Virus record (IMG/VR): IMGVR_UViG_3300027708_000022
Span: 32,001-96,000 of that record
DNA from: a virus
DNA: 64,000 nucleotides
Reading direction: 5' to 3' (one strand)
Shown in pieces: positions 31,688-40,710 of this stretch. The notes below the pieces were generated by a model. The model was not told the origin of the DNA, did not search any database, and worked only from the letters and a program-made list of their open reading frames with translations. The translations under genes and the position numbers were made by a program. Each line of letters opens with the position of its first letter. Position 1 is the first letter of the stretch.

Positions 31688-31709
31688 AAAAAACCCGCCG
31701 AAGCGGGTT
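31688..31709 (-). terminator. Rho-independent terminator with cUUCGg tetraloop after gp32
   Basis: AACCCGC-TTCG-GCGGG-TTTTTT between convergent genes. Confidence 0.85.
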
Positions 31710-31731
31710 AAACTCTATTGTGGAGATAAGT

Positions 31732-32631
31732 TTATTTTGTGTCTGCTAGTGAATTAAAGTAATCCATTTCTTCATCGGCTTCAGCAACAACTTTCTTATC
31801 AAGTGCAGCTAAGTCCTCTTCTTTAAATGAATCTAACACAGCAGTTTCCGCCTTAGTTCTAGGATTTTCAACACCTGCGAAACCAAGAACCTTATCGAGG
31901 CGAGCTTTGAGTACATCATAAGATTTAAACTGTCCCTTCTCTGTGAATTCTTTTAGTGAGAATTCTTTCTTCCAGAGAGCTTCAAGTTTTTCATCGTCAC
32001 CATCAAACAATGCAGACATACCAGCAAATTCTGACTTGTCATAGTTGCGATAACCTTCAACATTACGAATCTTCAATTTGAAGTTAGCACCTTCCCACAT
32101 ATCAAATGGGTTAACTGGTGATTCATCAGCAAATTCTGGATTCATTGCTTCGGAAATCTTATCGAAAATCTTTTTACCAAACTTATAGAGTTTGATTTGA
32201 CCTTCGTTTTCTGGATTGCTTGGGTCAGAAAGAACCAAGATATTAGCCATGTAAGTCAACTTACGTTTCTGTTTACGGACAATCTCTTTGTTGGCTTCGA
32301 TGCCTGAATTCCAAAGAGTGCTGTTGTGTTCACAGACAGGACATTTATCGTTTAATGTTGTCAAGCAGTTGTCAATAAACCAACCGCCAGGTCCCTGAAA
32401 ACCATGACTGAAAGTACGAACCCAAGGAAGAGCATCATCACCGTCTACAGCAGGTGCAGGCAAGAAACGAATCTGTGCCATACCGTTACCTGATTTATCT
32501 ACTGATGGTTGCCAAAGGCGGGTGTCATCTTTTGAACCGGCTTCTGAAGAACCGGATTGAGTATCGTTGATTGCTTTGGTGAGTTTGTCCAAAGAACTAC
32601 GATCACGTTTTAAATTTGCGAAATTCGACAT
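31732..32631 (-). CDS. gp32: Single-stranded DNA-binding protein gp32
   Basis: IRFLPAP, HGFQGPGGW, CPVC, FGKKIFDKI, NYDKSEF. Confidence 0.95.
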   Translation of the reverse strand: MSNFANLKRDRSSLDKLTKAINDTQSGSSEAGSKDDTRLWQPSVDKSGNGMAQIRFLPAPAVDGDDALPWVRTFSHGFQGPGGWFIDNCLTTLNDKCPVCEHNSTLWNSGIEANKEIVRKQKRKLTYMANILVLSDPSNPENEGQIKLYKFGKKIFDKISEAMNPEFADESPVNPFDMWEGANFKLKIRNVEGYRNYDKSEFAGMSALFDGDDEKLEALWKKEFSLKEFTEKGQFKSYDVLKARLDKVLGFAGVENPRTKAETAVLDSFKEEDLAALDKKVVAEADEEMDYFNSLADTK

Positions 32632-32733
32632 TTTTTATTACCTCGTATTTAATGTATGTTAATGTATATTTTTTATCCACATGATGCATGATATACTAGT
32701 ATATATGCTTCTTCCAAGTGGGTGGATCACAAC

Positions 32734-33327
32734 TCATAATATAACCTTCTTCAAAATCAACTTGTATTTTACATCATCTAGCATAAGAAATGCGGCATAC
32801 TTGGTCAATTTCATTTCATATTCTGGCCATCGGATAGTATCCGTAATTCTTTTGTTCCACATGGGCAAGAAATTAAGGATTCTGTTTAGGATGATTAGTG
32901 TCTCTGGAGATATCTCTTTACGCAAAGCTTTAGTTAAGAGTACTGGATAGTCTCCATTCGTCACCAAAACATCGTTTGGATTCTTACAGACTGAGAACAA
33001 GTTTCTACATTCATTTTCAAAGGTATAAGACATTGATTGTATAACCTTCTGTCTTTGCCTATAGATAATTTCACACTCTTCACCTAGTAGAGTGCCAACC
33101 CAAACTTTGCTATCTTCCAAAAGATTAGCCACAAGAAAATTGATGTAATCATCTTTAATTGGATGTTTACGGGATAACTTGTAGAAGTGGAATTTATCCT
33201 TACGATTTTCAAACGTAATAACGCTGACGTTACTTTTCCCATTATATTTTAGATAGTCATAAGATTTTTGGGTAAAATGTAACTTGAGTCCGTTGTATAT
33301 AGAGAAGGCTTCATAACCTGTCATCAT
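32734..33327 (-). CDS. gp59: Helicase loader gp59
   Basis: LKLHFT..YDYLKYNGK, RKDK, ISPET; synteny. Confidence 0.9.
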   Translation of the reverse strand: MMTGYEAFSIYNGLKLHFTQKSYDYLKYNGKSNVSVITFENRKDKFHFYKLSRKHPIKDDYINFLVANLLEDSKVWVGTLLGEECEIIYRQRQKVIQSMSYTFENECRNLFSVCKNPNDVLVTNGDYPVLLTKALRKEISPETLIILNRILNFLPMWNKRITDTIRWPEYEMKLTKYAAFLMLDDVKYKLILKKVIL

Positions 33328-33557
33328 ATTGGTAATCGTGGACTTTTATTCTTCAGTAAGTTAAATTCAATTGCATTACATTCAATTTTGCCTTTAAGGT
33401 TGGCGTTAATTAATGTTGATGCTACCTCGATTTCCAATCCAGTCTTTCTACAGTATTCAACGATAGCCTCAATGTAATTGTAGTCGGTACCAGAAACCAT
33501 TTTTTCAATCTCTACTGCAAACTTCATCATTTCATCCTTAGTTGGCATTATTTTCAC
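33324..33557 (-). CDS. gp33: Late transcription coactivator gp33
   Basis: YIEAIVEYC..LKGKIE..A..NLL; synteny. Confidence 0.85.
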   Translation of the reverse strand: MKIMPTKDEMMKFAVEIEKMVSGTDYNYIEAIVEYCRKTGLEIEVASTLINANLKGKIECNAIEFNLLKNKSPRLPI

Positions 33558-33826
33558 TTAACAATTGTTTCATATAACGATTCAAATTGTTCATGAGTAG
33601 CAACTTCTTCATCAAAGTTTTGTCTATGATAAACCTTAACTAATTTGCTAACCAATCGTTTAGGTAATTGCAGGTCTTTTGCAATGGCGGCTACAGACTC
33701 TTTGATATAGTCCTTTTCACCTTCCATTCGTGTCATTGCACCAGAACATTCTTTGAGAACATCCAACAATTTCTTTTGATCTGCTGGATTAGAAATCTGA
33801 TTAACACTCAATTGTACTACAGCCAT
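33554..33826 (-). CDS. dsbA: dsDNA-binding protein DsbA
   Basis: KVYHRQNF..FESLY; upstream of gp33 as in T4. Confidence 0.8.
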   Translation of the reverse strand: MAVVQLSVNQISNPADQKKLLDVLKECSGAMTRMEGEKDYIKESVAAIAKDLQLPKRLVSKLVKVYHRQNFDEEVATHEQFESLYETIVK

Positions 33827-33861
33827 AATATAACTCCTGTTTAATTATAAAAAAAATATGA

Positions 33862-34512
33862 TTAGTCCCAAAGACCTTCGTAATACTTACCAAACAGGCG
33901 AAATCCGTTTTCTTTGCGCTTTTGCCAAGCCTTTAAACCAACCCAATCTACCTTGAGTTTACTTTGATAGTTACTATCATTATCCCAAGGAAATTTATCA
34001 TCACATTCAGAGTGGTCAAAAAATCTACCTTCGGCATCATCATCAACTTTCTGTTCAAATGCCCAAATCATTTCATCAAGAACCCATTCCCATCGAGCAT
34101 GAATATTTGGATAATCATCGTCATATGATTTATCTTCTTTATAAAAATCAAAGACGGATTGTTCTTCATACTCTTGTGTACCTGTTGTACGCAGGTGCTC
34201 AGGAACATCCTCAAGGTCAACAAAAGGTGAACCGTGTTTGGTTGCTTTAAGCTGCTTAAGCATTGGTAAAATGATTGGTGCTAGAGTGCTATCCATACTC
34301 CAAGTATCCCAATAATCAATCTTCGCATAGTCGATCTTTGGATGTACTACATCAAGGACTTTTCGGAGAGCTTCACAGATTGGATTTAGGCGGTCAGACC
34401 ACTTATCAATAAGCGGTTCTTTATAGTCAATCTCACGCCAGAAGAATACTTTCTCCAGTATGGTGTAAGGACTTAACCAATGGTTTCGGTATTTGTTGCT
34501 ATACACACGCAT
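33862..34512 (-). CDS. Conserved hypothetical phage protein
   Basis: DTWSMD.TLA, GFRLFGKYY; RBS present. Confidence 0.7.
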   Translation of the reverse strand: MRVYSNKYRNHWLSPYTILEKVFFWREIDYKEPLIDKWSDRLNPICEALRKVLDVVHPKIDYAKIDYWDTWSMDSTLAPIILPMLKQLKATKHGSPFVDLEDVPEHLRTTGTQEYEEQSVFDFYKEDKSYDDDYPNIHARWEWVLDEMIWAFEQKVDDDAEGRFFDHSECDDKFPWDNDSNYQSKLKVDWVGLKAWQKRKENGFRLFGKYYEGLWD

Positions 34513-34576
34513 TATTTTTTATCCTTACAAAAATTGAAATGACAGTTTTTCAACAGAACTGCCAAACTGAATTAAA

Positions 34577-35023
34577 TTAGAACTTGTACTTGATACCCGC
34601 AGTGATGACACTACCATTAAATCGAGTAACGCCAGATTCAGCATATTGATATGCATAGTCAAGTGTTCCTGCAACCGACTTTGTAAATGGTACAGTCAAA
34701 CCGAGACCAACAGTCCCTGCTGAACCACTTGTAGCGCTTTGATTGTTGAGGTATACATAACCAACTTTACCAGCAACTACCAAACTGTTCGTAGTATATA
34801 AATCATATGAGCCAGTAAGAGACCAACGATTCTGAGTAGAACCATTTAACCATGCTTGACCATATCCAGCTTCTAAACCTAGTTTGTCAAATTTCTGACC
34901 AGCGGTAACACCAGCTAAACCACCTGATGCACTACCAGTAACAGCACCACCATTAACACCAACTTCAAAAGCAGCTACGTTAAATGCTGCCAAAAGTGTT
35001 GCAATCAAAAGTACTTTTTTCAT
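34577..35023 (-). CDS. Outer-membrane 8-stranded beta-barrel protein (OmpA-TM/Ail/Lom-like)
   Basis: Signal peptide, alternating strands, C-terminal YKF BAM signal. Confidence 0.8.
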   Translation of the reverse strand: MKKVLLIATLLAAFNVAAFEVGVNGGAVTGSASGGLAGVTAGQKFDKLGLEAGYGQAWLNGSTQNRWSLTGSYDLYTTNSLVVAGKVGYVYLNNQSATSGSAGTVGLGLTVPFTKSVAGTLDYAYQYAESGVTRFNGSVITAGIKYKF

Positions 35024-35095
35024 TTATAAACTCCAAAGTTAATAAGAATGTTAGGTTATTATGATACAGGGTCAACCTAACAAAAACCCAACAAA

Positions 35096-35332
35096 TTATT
35101 TCGAATCAATAAATTTATAAAGTTTGTTTGCTTTTTCTAGAATCTTTTCTTCTGTTGGAAAATCAGGAAATCCAGGATGTGATGGTGGTGTAGTATTATT
35201 TTCCCGAGCGGTGGTAACCTGTGTATGAAAATTCTCATCAATTACCTGTCGTTTGCCATAATATTCATCATTAAGCATTCCTGCGGCCATCTTCAAAACT
35301 TCTAAACGCACTTCATATGGATTTAAACTCAT
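35096..35332 (-). CDS. Conserved hypothetical protein
   Basis: PYEVRLEVLKMA..A..LY.F; strong RBS. Confidence 0.7.
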   Translation of the reverse strand: MSLNPYEVRLEVLKMAAGMLNDEYYGKRQVIDENFHTQVTTARENNTTPPSHPGFPDFPTEEKILEKANKLYKFIDSK

Positions 35333-35372
35333 TTTACTTCTCCTTAGTGTGTGTAACTACTGTGTGTGTAAA

Positions 35373-35665
35373 GCGATAGTTGATTCTGTTTCCAAGTTCA
35401 ACTATCAAAACTCAGATGGTTATGCTTACGCAGCCATCAAAAAGCGATTATCGTTTGCTTTTATAGTTTTTTACTTTTAGCGACTATCTGTGTCGAGTTG
35501 TCCATTCCGTTACTTGTTGCCCAATCGAAACCTGGTCAGCCCATCAAAAGCATACTCGATCGTTTCCTGTCTTATCAATCTTATGACACCAAGTATGCTT
35601 TTGGTGGAGCTGGAGGGAATCGAACCCTCGTCTTGAACACTTTTCTCTTTACTTCATACAACTAT
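35373..35665 (-). ncRNA. ssrA: Circularly permuted (two-piece) tmRNA, tag ANDNRFLMAA
   Basis: T-arm and CAGCTCCACCA acceptor end (to 35602) precede the 5' end GGGCTGACCAGGTTTCGA (35542); G3-U70; tag ORF 35458-35426. Confidence 0.9.
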
Positions 35666-35671
35666 ACAACC

Positions 35672-35700
35672 ATTATATATCACTTCACGATTTTAGTCAA
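35672..35700 (-). promoter_or_regulatory. Sigma70 promoter of tmRNA
   Basis: TTGACT-N17-TATAAT. Confidence 0.8.
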
Positions 35701-36360
35701 TGGTGAATTCGCTAAAAACGACAATAATTGGGTACGGTACATATACTTTTGCCTAACAAAGATTTGTGGTTGCCCGCCTTCTACTGCAATGGCAACAACT
35801 ATAGTATCAATTGTTTTGTTAGTTAATTCCTCAAACATTTCAGCATAAGCCGTACATTGTAGGAAATAATTTAGAATGTTTTCTTCCAACTTTTCTTTTG
35901 ATGAGGACTTATAATCTATGATTGATAACCTTTTATTCCATTCTGCAATAGTATCAACACGACCAGCAATTCTCAGCTTGTCAGAATAAAGTGGTTGTTC
36001 AATTGCATATATCTTACCGATATTTTTATCCAATTCAGGACGCAATTGAAAAAACAACTCTTTAATATTTGGCATCATATTGCGAATTTTTAAATCACTC
36101 ATTTCATTGAGCAAATATTTTTCACAAGCCAAATGCAATGCTTCACCTCGGCGTGAGGCACGACCTGATACTTTATTGGCTTCTTCTTCACCAACTCGGT
36201 TACGCCATGCATCAATAGCACCTTTGTTCATAGACCCAAGTACTGTTGTTACTGACGGGTATGCTTTGCCTGAAGGTGTATAATATAACCGACCAGATTC
36301 TGTTGTCTTTGCTTCCATCTCAAAATCTAATTCAGGTAACTTCTCATGTGTGAAAATCAT
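35680..36360 (-). CDS. PD-(D/E)XK exonuclease (Cas4/RecB-like)
   Basis: YPSVTTVL, RG..H, AGRVD, IIDYKSS, Q..AY. Confidence 0.85.
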   Translation of the reverse strand: MIFTHEKLPELDFEMEAKTTESGRLYYTPSGKAYPSVTTVLGSMNKGAIDAWRNRVGEEEANKVSGRASRRGEALHLACEKYLLNEMSDLKIRNMMPNIKELFFQLRPELDKNIGKIYAIEQPLYSDKLRIAGRVDTIAEWNKRLSIIDYKSSSKEKLEENILNYFLQCTAYAEMFEELTNKTIDTIVVAIAVEGGQPQIFVRQKYMYRTQLLSFLANSPLTKIVK

Positions 36361-36680
36361 CTATTTCTTGTTCTTTTAGTAATGCGGTCAACGTGCTTTT
36401 TAACTACTTGTGAGGTTCTAACTTCTTTGATAGATTTTTTATAATATCTTTCACCAACGGTACTGCTAGGGTGTGCCTCTGCAACCTTTGATAAAACTTC
36501 TTTCCATCCATCACCAGCCTTTTGGTCTGGAGTTCCACCTGAAGATGAAACGATAGCAGGTGCTGTCATCACAGTTTCAATATGTGGATTTTCAAGAAGA
36601 TACTTTTCTCTTTCTGATATCTTCATAAAAGATTCAAAAACTTCACTTGTCTTGGTATCAATAAATCTATAAGTTGGCAT
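36357..36680 (-). CDS. FmdB-like small regulatory protein
   Basis: MPTYRF start (shorter than track ORF), GWKEVLSKV. Confidence 0.6.
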   Translation of the reverse strand: MPTYRFIDTKTSEVFESFMKISEREKYLLENPHIETVMTAPAIVSSSGGTPDQKAGDGWKEVLSKVAEAHPSSTVGERYYKKSIKEVRTSQVVKKHVDRITKRTRNR

Positions 36681-37230
36681 TAAACCACTCCGGTACAGGA
36701 CGACTATTAACCTTGCCTTTCCATGATGCAAGGTGTTGCTTATTACTTATGTAATAATTCCTGTAGGATGCCAAAGAATTACCTGCAATTTTAACATCAT
36801 CAGGCATAGCAGTTGTAGGTTCTGTGAAACCAGTAAGTGCAATATTATCAGGTACCATATCATGTAACATCTGTACTAATCCATCACGCTCACATTTATG
36901 GACTTTACCATAGCGATAGGTATATTCTTTACATAATTCAACTAAAAGGTTTGATAACCAAAAATAGTTACCAACAGAATGTCTCACCCAAACAGCGGAA
37001 GGATGATTAATGTGAGTTGCACTATACATAACAGATTCACGAGCATCCGGTAAAATCCATCTTTTGACATTGCGACCAGTAAAAGATTTTTGTACAGATT
37101 CATCACCATCTAAAACTCGATGAGCAGTGGAAAGAAGCTGACAATATTCTAATATCATTTTAATGGTGTGTTTGTCATTGTGCATTTCGGCACAAAGCTT
37201 AGGATCATGGTGTAAGTAAAAAATGTTCAC
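36667..37230 (-). CDS. Pyrimidine-dimer DNA glycosylase (DenV-family)-like
   Basis: NIFYL..DP..CA..H.DKH..KM..E..QLLSTAH; GTG start assumed. Confidence 0.7.
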   Translation of the reverse strand: MNIFYLHHDPKLCAEMHNDKHTIKMILEYCQLLSTAHRVLDGDESVQKSFTGRNVKRWILPDARESVMYSATHINHPSAVWVRHSVGNYFWLSNLLVELCKEYTYRYGKVHKCERDGLVQMLHDMVPDNIALTGFTEPTTAMPDDVKIAGNSLASYRNYYISNKQHLASWKGKVNSRPVPEWFNANL

Positions 37231-37372
37231 TTCGCTTGAACCCACTTACGAACAACATCGGTCAAACCTTGATGGTCATAGATTGGGGTAACACTCGGTT
37301 GGAAAACATCAAACATTTTTTTCCATAGAATCTGATAATTAAAATGATACATTTGAAATCCTATTGCGTGGG

Positions 37373-37765
37373 TTAAACTGATTCTTCAATTTTAGTAACT
37401 GTAATTGTTTCAGGTTCTTCGGCCTTAGGCAATTCGGTTGCTTTCAACTCTTGCAAACTAGCAACAGGTTTTTCTGCTGTAGTATTGTGTATGCCAGCAC
37501 GGCGCATATATTGTTTCAATTCATCAACATTCACTAGCTGGTAGCCAGCAACTTTACGACCGTCTTTGATAACTTTAATTATACCACGCATTTTTGTTTT
37601 GATTGCCCACATATAGGTCGACAATTTATACATTTGAATTTGGTCACCCAAGAGGATCCCAATTTCTTCCGTTGTTACAACCTTACCAGAAATCATTACA
37701 GTTAATACTTTTTGGGTATGATTCAACCTAACTGTTTTTACTTTTGCCATTATATAAAACTCCAA
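37373..37765 (-). CDS. Hypothetical protein
   Basis: Own promoter and RBS. Confidence 0.6.
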   Translation of the reverse strand: MEFYIMAKVKTVRLNHTQKVLTVMISGKVVTTEEIGILLGDQIQMYKLSTYMWAIKTKMRGIIKVIKDGRKVAGYQLVNVDELKQYMRRAGIHNTTAEKPVASLQELKATELPKAEEPETITVTKIEESV

Positions 37766-37829
37766 TTTAATTATTAATAACTACCATGGTATCACAATAC
37801 TGCCTGTAAGTCAAGCAGTCTTTCGGCAA

Positions 37830-38057
37830 TCATCGGTAATATACCGAAAAACGATTGGCGAAATCTTTCAGGCAATCCTGCATACGTTGATGGCGTGGCC
37901 GAATATCAGAAAAGCAGGTTCGTGGCCCACGATACCGAATTCGGAACTTCTTGCCTTTTTTACGCAATAGCGTTTTCACTTCATCAAGGTATTCAATAGG
38001 AACATTTTTGTACCGTGCCATTTCACGATAATTCACGAAAGGGGATAAATTCATCAT
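37830..38057 (-). CDS. Hypothetical basic protein
   Basis: RIRYRGPR motif. Confidence 0.55.
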   Translation of the reverse strand: MMNLSPFVNYREMARYKNVPIEYLDEVKTLLRKKGKKFRIRYRGPRTCFSDIRPRHQRMQDCLKDFANRFSVYYR

Positions 38058-38857
38058 GCCGCCATTGTCATCATAATTGTTGGAAACTTAGGAATCGGCA
38101 TAAACTTGCTAAATGCCGATGGACCGTTAGGAACATATTTCACAAAACCGGATGTATCTTTTTTGGCTTTGCCTTTTGCATACAGACCAACAACAACATC
38201 TTTAGGATCCAAGAAACGGAGGTCGGATTCATCACCGTTAAACACAGGAGTGTCCATGTAAAATTCAGGCATCGGTACCGTTTTCTTGAGACCGAAAACT
38301 GTAGCTACATTATAACCTTCGAACATAGCACGGTTAACATCAACGTCATTACCGTCAGCTGCCGAAAACGTCAGATGGTAATTTTTAAAAGCTTTCACTT
38401 TACGACCAAGAACCTTGGTGTAATCGTAGAATTGTATTTCAGGAAATGCCATGAAAACATTGGTGTATGATTGTTCATTCACCAGAACCTCATACTTCTC
38501 CCATGAAAGGTCAGAAGTACCGTTCAAACGGAAAACAGGAATCAGACCTTTTTTTGCAGCCTGCTTAATTCCTAATTGAATGTCTTTTACCAACAAATTC
38601 ATAAATGTAATACGATCCTCGAAAAACATTTTTGTTTTACGGATTCTTGCTTTTTGAATCATGTTAGTGGTTTCGCCTTTTTTGAACATACCGCCACGAC
38701 CGGCAGTATTCAAGCAAGCAGAAGTGCATCCAACGGTTGCTTTTGGACAAGTGTTATGTCCCGATAAATCAGCAGGTGCTAAATGCAAGATAAAAGTCAA
38801 ATATCCAACTGATTGACCTTTGAGGGTCTTGGGATTGCCCGTAGATAATAATTTCAA
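38054..38857 (-). CDS. Gp88-family protein (Cys-triad, radical-SAM-like)
   Basis: CPKATVGCTSACL, RLNGTSD, FYDYTK, DLRFLD. Confidence 0.7.
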   Translation of the reverse strand: MKLLSTGNPKTLKGQSVGYLTFILHLAPADLSGHNTCPKATVGCTSACLNTAGRGGMFKKGETTNMIQKARIRKTKMFFEDRITFMNLLVKDIQLGIKQAAKKGLIPVFRLNGTSDLSWEKYEVLVNEQSYTNVFMAFPEIQFYDYTKVLGRKVKAFKNYHLTFSAADGNDVDVNRAMFEGYNVATVFGLKKTVPMPEFYMDTPVFNGDESDLRFLDPKDVVVGLYAKGKAKKDTSGFVKYVPNGPSAFSKFMPIPKFPTIMMTMAA

Positions 38858-38887
38858 AATACTTCCTTTTTCTAATCAACAGGTACC

Positions 38888-38915
38888 ATTATACACGAAC
38901 CAAGGCAGGTGTCAA
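38888..38915 (-). promoter_or_regulatory. Early sigma70 promoter family TTGACW-N16-TATAATGG
   Basis: Further copies at 39719, 52007, 53154, 55396, 56914, 57013, 61658, 62163, 62258, 62744, 62868, 63784. Confidence 0.85.
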
Positions 38916-38929
38916 GGATTATCTGGTAG

Positions 38930-38947
38930 TGTTGTAAAAAAACAACA
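38930..38947. promoter_or_regulatory. Palindromic operator TGTTG-N8-CAACA
   Basis: 14 copies counted upstream of sigma70 promoters. Confidence 0.75.
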
Positions 38948-38972
38948 TACATAATGTTGTAAAAAAACAACA

Positions 38973-39326
38973 CTATCTCCGCATCGTTGCCTGGTCTCTT
39001 GCTTCTTCCTCTGTAAAGATAGGAACTGCATTGGACTTGTGTAGCGTGCCTATCCCCATCATTTTAGATCCTGTGTATACGACCCCCTTAACTTCTTTGG
39101 TCGCCGTTCCTACAGACGTTCCTACAGAGGGATAGACGGGGGTTTTGCGACTAGCTAAAACAACCCCAAGATTAGGTCGTTTAGTAGATACTAAAGACTT
39201 TTTAGACTTGGTAAAGTTAGTCTTAATACTATTGATTTCTTTAAGCCAATCATTATATTCTGCCATTTCTTTTTTGGTTTTATTTTTAATAAACTTTTTT
39301 GGCGATTTTGTACTAGTATAAATCAT
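38973..39326 (-). CDS. Conserved hypothetical protein
   Basis: YTG..GIGTLHKSNAVP motif. Confidence 0.7.
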   Translation of the reverse strand: MIYTSTKSPKKFIKNKTKKEMAEYNDWLKEINSIKTNFTKSKKSLVSTKRPNLGVVLASRKTPVYPSVGTSVGTATKEVKGVVYTGSKMMGIGTLHKSNAVPIFTEEEARDQATMRR

Positions 39327-39712
39327 AATGAATCCTTCACAGCATCAACGTGTTTGCATTTACCGCGGTAACCAAAGCCAACGCAGCTGCATGAAAAATA
39401 ACGGTTATCCGTAACTTCTACGGTATAATTTTTATCGTTTGAATTTACATTAAATAATTGGACATTTTTAGGAATAATACGTTTAGTATTATCCTTCGTT
39501 TCATCTTTTATTAATTTTGATAATCCATCATGTTGGATTTTGATAAACTTCCGCCTAGATTTACTAAATTCTAGCGGTGTTTTTAATTGATTAATAATAG
39601 TATCTCCCTCTTTAATATAGGCGATTAATTTGCCTTTATTGTTGAGCAAGTAGGTATTATTAGGGACGTTATACTCGCAGTCCCAAACGGTGATTTCTTT
39701 TATAATTTCCAT
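39323..39712 (-). CDS. SWIM zinc-finger protein
   Basis: CSC..F..R..CKH; start moved to MEIIKE just after the -10 box. Confidence 0.7.
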   Translation of the reverse strand: MEIIKEITVWDCEYNVPNNTYLLNNKGKLIAYIKEGDTIINQLKTPLEFSKSRRKFIKIQHDGLSKLIKDETKDNTKRIIPKNVQLFNVNSNDKNYTVEVTDNRYFSCSCVGFGYRGKCKHVDAVKDSL

Positions 39713-39780
39713 ACCACCATTATACACTAATGATGGTAGGTGTCAAGGTTTATTCCTAGTAATGTTGTTTTTCTACAACA

Positions 39781-39945
39781 CTACCCTTGGAGTAGTTGCT
39801 TCTCTCCGGATTCTCTCAGGTCTTCCTCAAATGCGTATAATTTCAGGCGATTCAATTCACGGCGCATGGATTCCAAGTCACCAATGTTTTCAGCAATCAA
39901 TGCTTCTAGCTTAGCAATTTTCATTTCGATTTCTTTAACTAGCAT
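39781..39945 (-). CDS. Small coiled-coil protein (54 aa)
   Basis: MLVKEIEMKIAKLE..EEDLRESGEKQLLQG; below track cutoff. Confidence 0.55.
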   Translation of the reverse strand: MLVKEIEMKIAKLEALIAENIGDLESMRRELNRLKLYAFEEDLRESGEKQLLQG

Positions 39946-40088
39946 TTTTTTCCTCATCTTTAAGCATACGATACGTTGCTTTATCTTTGTGTTTCTTACG
40001 AAACTGTTTAAGGGTTTCTCTATCTATATTTTTTTTAAACTTAGATTTTTGAGTTTTTTCAATCTTAGAACCACCGACTATCATGTTA

Positions 40089-40667
40089 CTAACCTAAAAT
40101 ATGGTCTGCAATATTTAACTTAATCAATTCCTTGGCCGTTAGATATGCATCACTTGGTCCAAGGAGTTTTGATTTAATAGTACGAGATTCCAGACCGGAT
40201 GCACCTCGTAAAATTTCCATCATTCGTTCGTTACAATATTCGGCTTCTTTCATTGCTGCTTTGATATCATGGTATTTGCCTTCCATAACATCTGAAAATT
40301 GATGACACATGATACCGGTGTTCGGTGATATGTATCGTTTACCTTTTGTGCCACAAGCAAAAATTAGAAATGCTGCGGACATAATTGATCCTGTGCCAAT
40401 AGTAACAATAGGGTATTGGCTAGTACGCATAATATCAATCAAAGCAAATGCTTGATATAACTCACCACCCATTGAATTGATATACAACTTCAATTCTTTA
40501 CCCTTTACATAATCACACATATTTTCATACATAATCCATTGTATAACTTTCTTTATGTTATCTTCCGCAATATCACCGGAAAGATAGTGTGTACTATTTT
40601 CTAAAAACTTCAGCTGAATCTTATCTTCCGCTGGCAAAAACTCTTCTTGTACATAACTGTGCTTCAT
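40089..40667 (-). CDS. clpP: ClpP-like protease
   Basis: LYINSMGG, catalytic MSAA, CHQ, DAYLTAKE. Confidence 0.85.
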   Translation of the reverse strand: MKHSYVQEEFLPAEDKIQLKFLENSTHYLSGDIAEDNIKKVIQWIMYENMCDYVKGKELKLYINSMGGELYQAFALIDIMRTSQYPIVTIGTGSIMSAAFLIFACGTKGKRYISPNTGIMCHQFSDVMEGKYHDIKAAMKEAEYCNERMMEILRGASGLESRTIKSKLLGPSDAYLTAKELIKLNIADHILG

Positions 40668-40710
40668 TCTTTTCCTATCACTTTTGATTATTTAGATTTT
40701 AAAGAAATCA

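Noticed and set aside
35498-35848. Plus-strand 116-aa ORF
   Set aside because: Antisense to tmRNA and exonuclease
35680-36360. Cas4 as part of a CRISPR system
   Set aside because: Common solo T4-like exonuclease; no array or other cas genes
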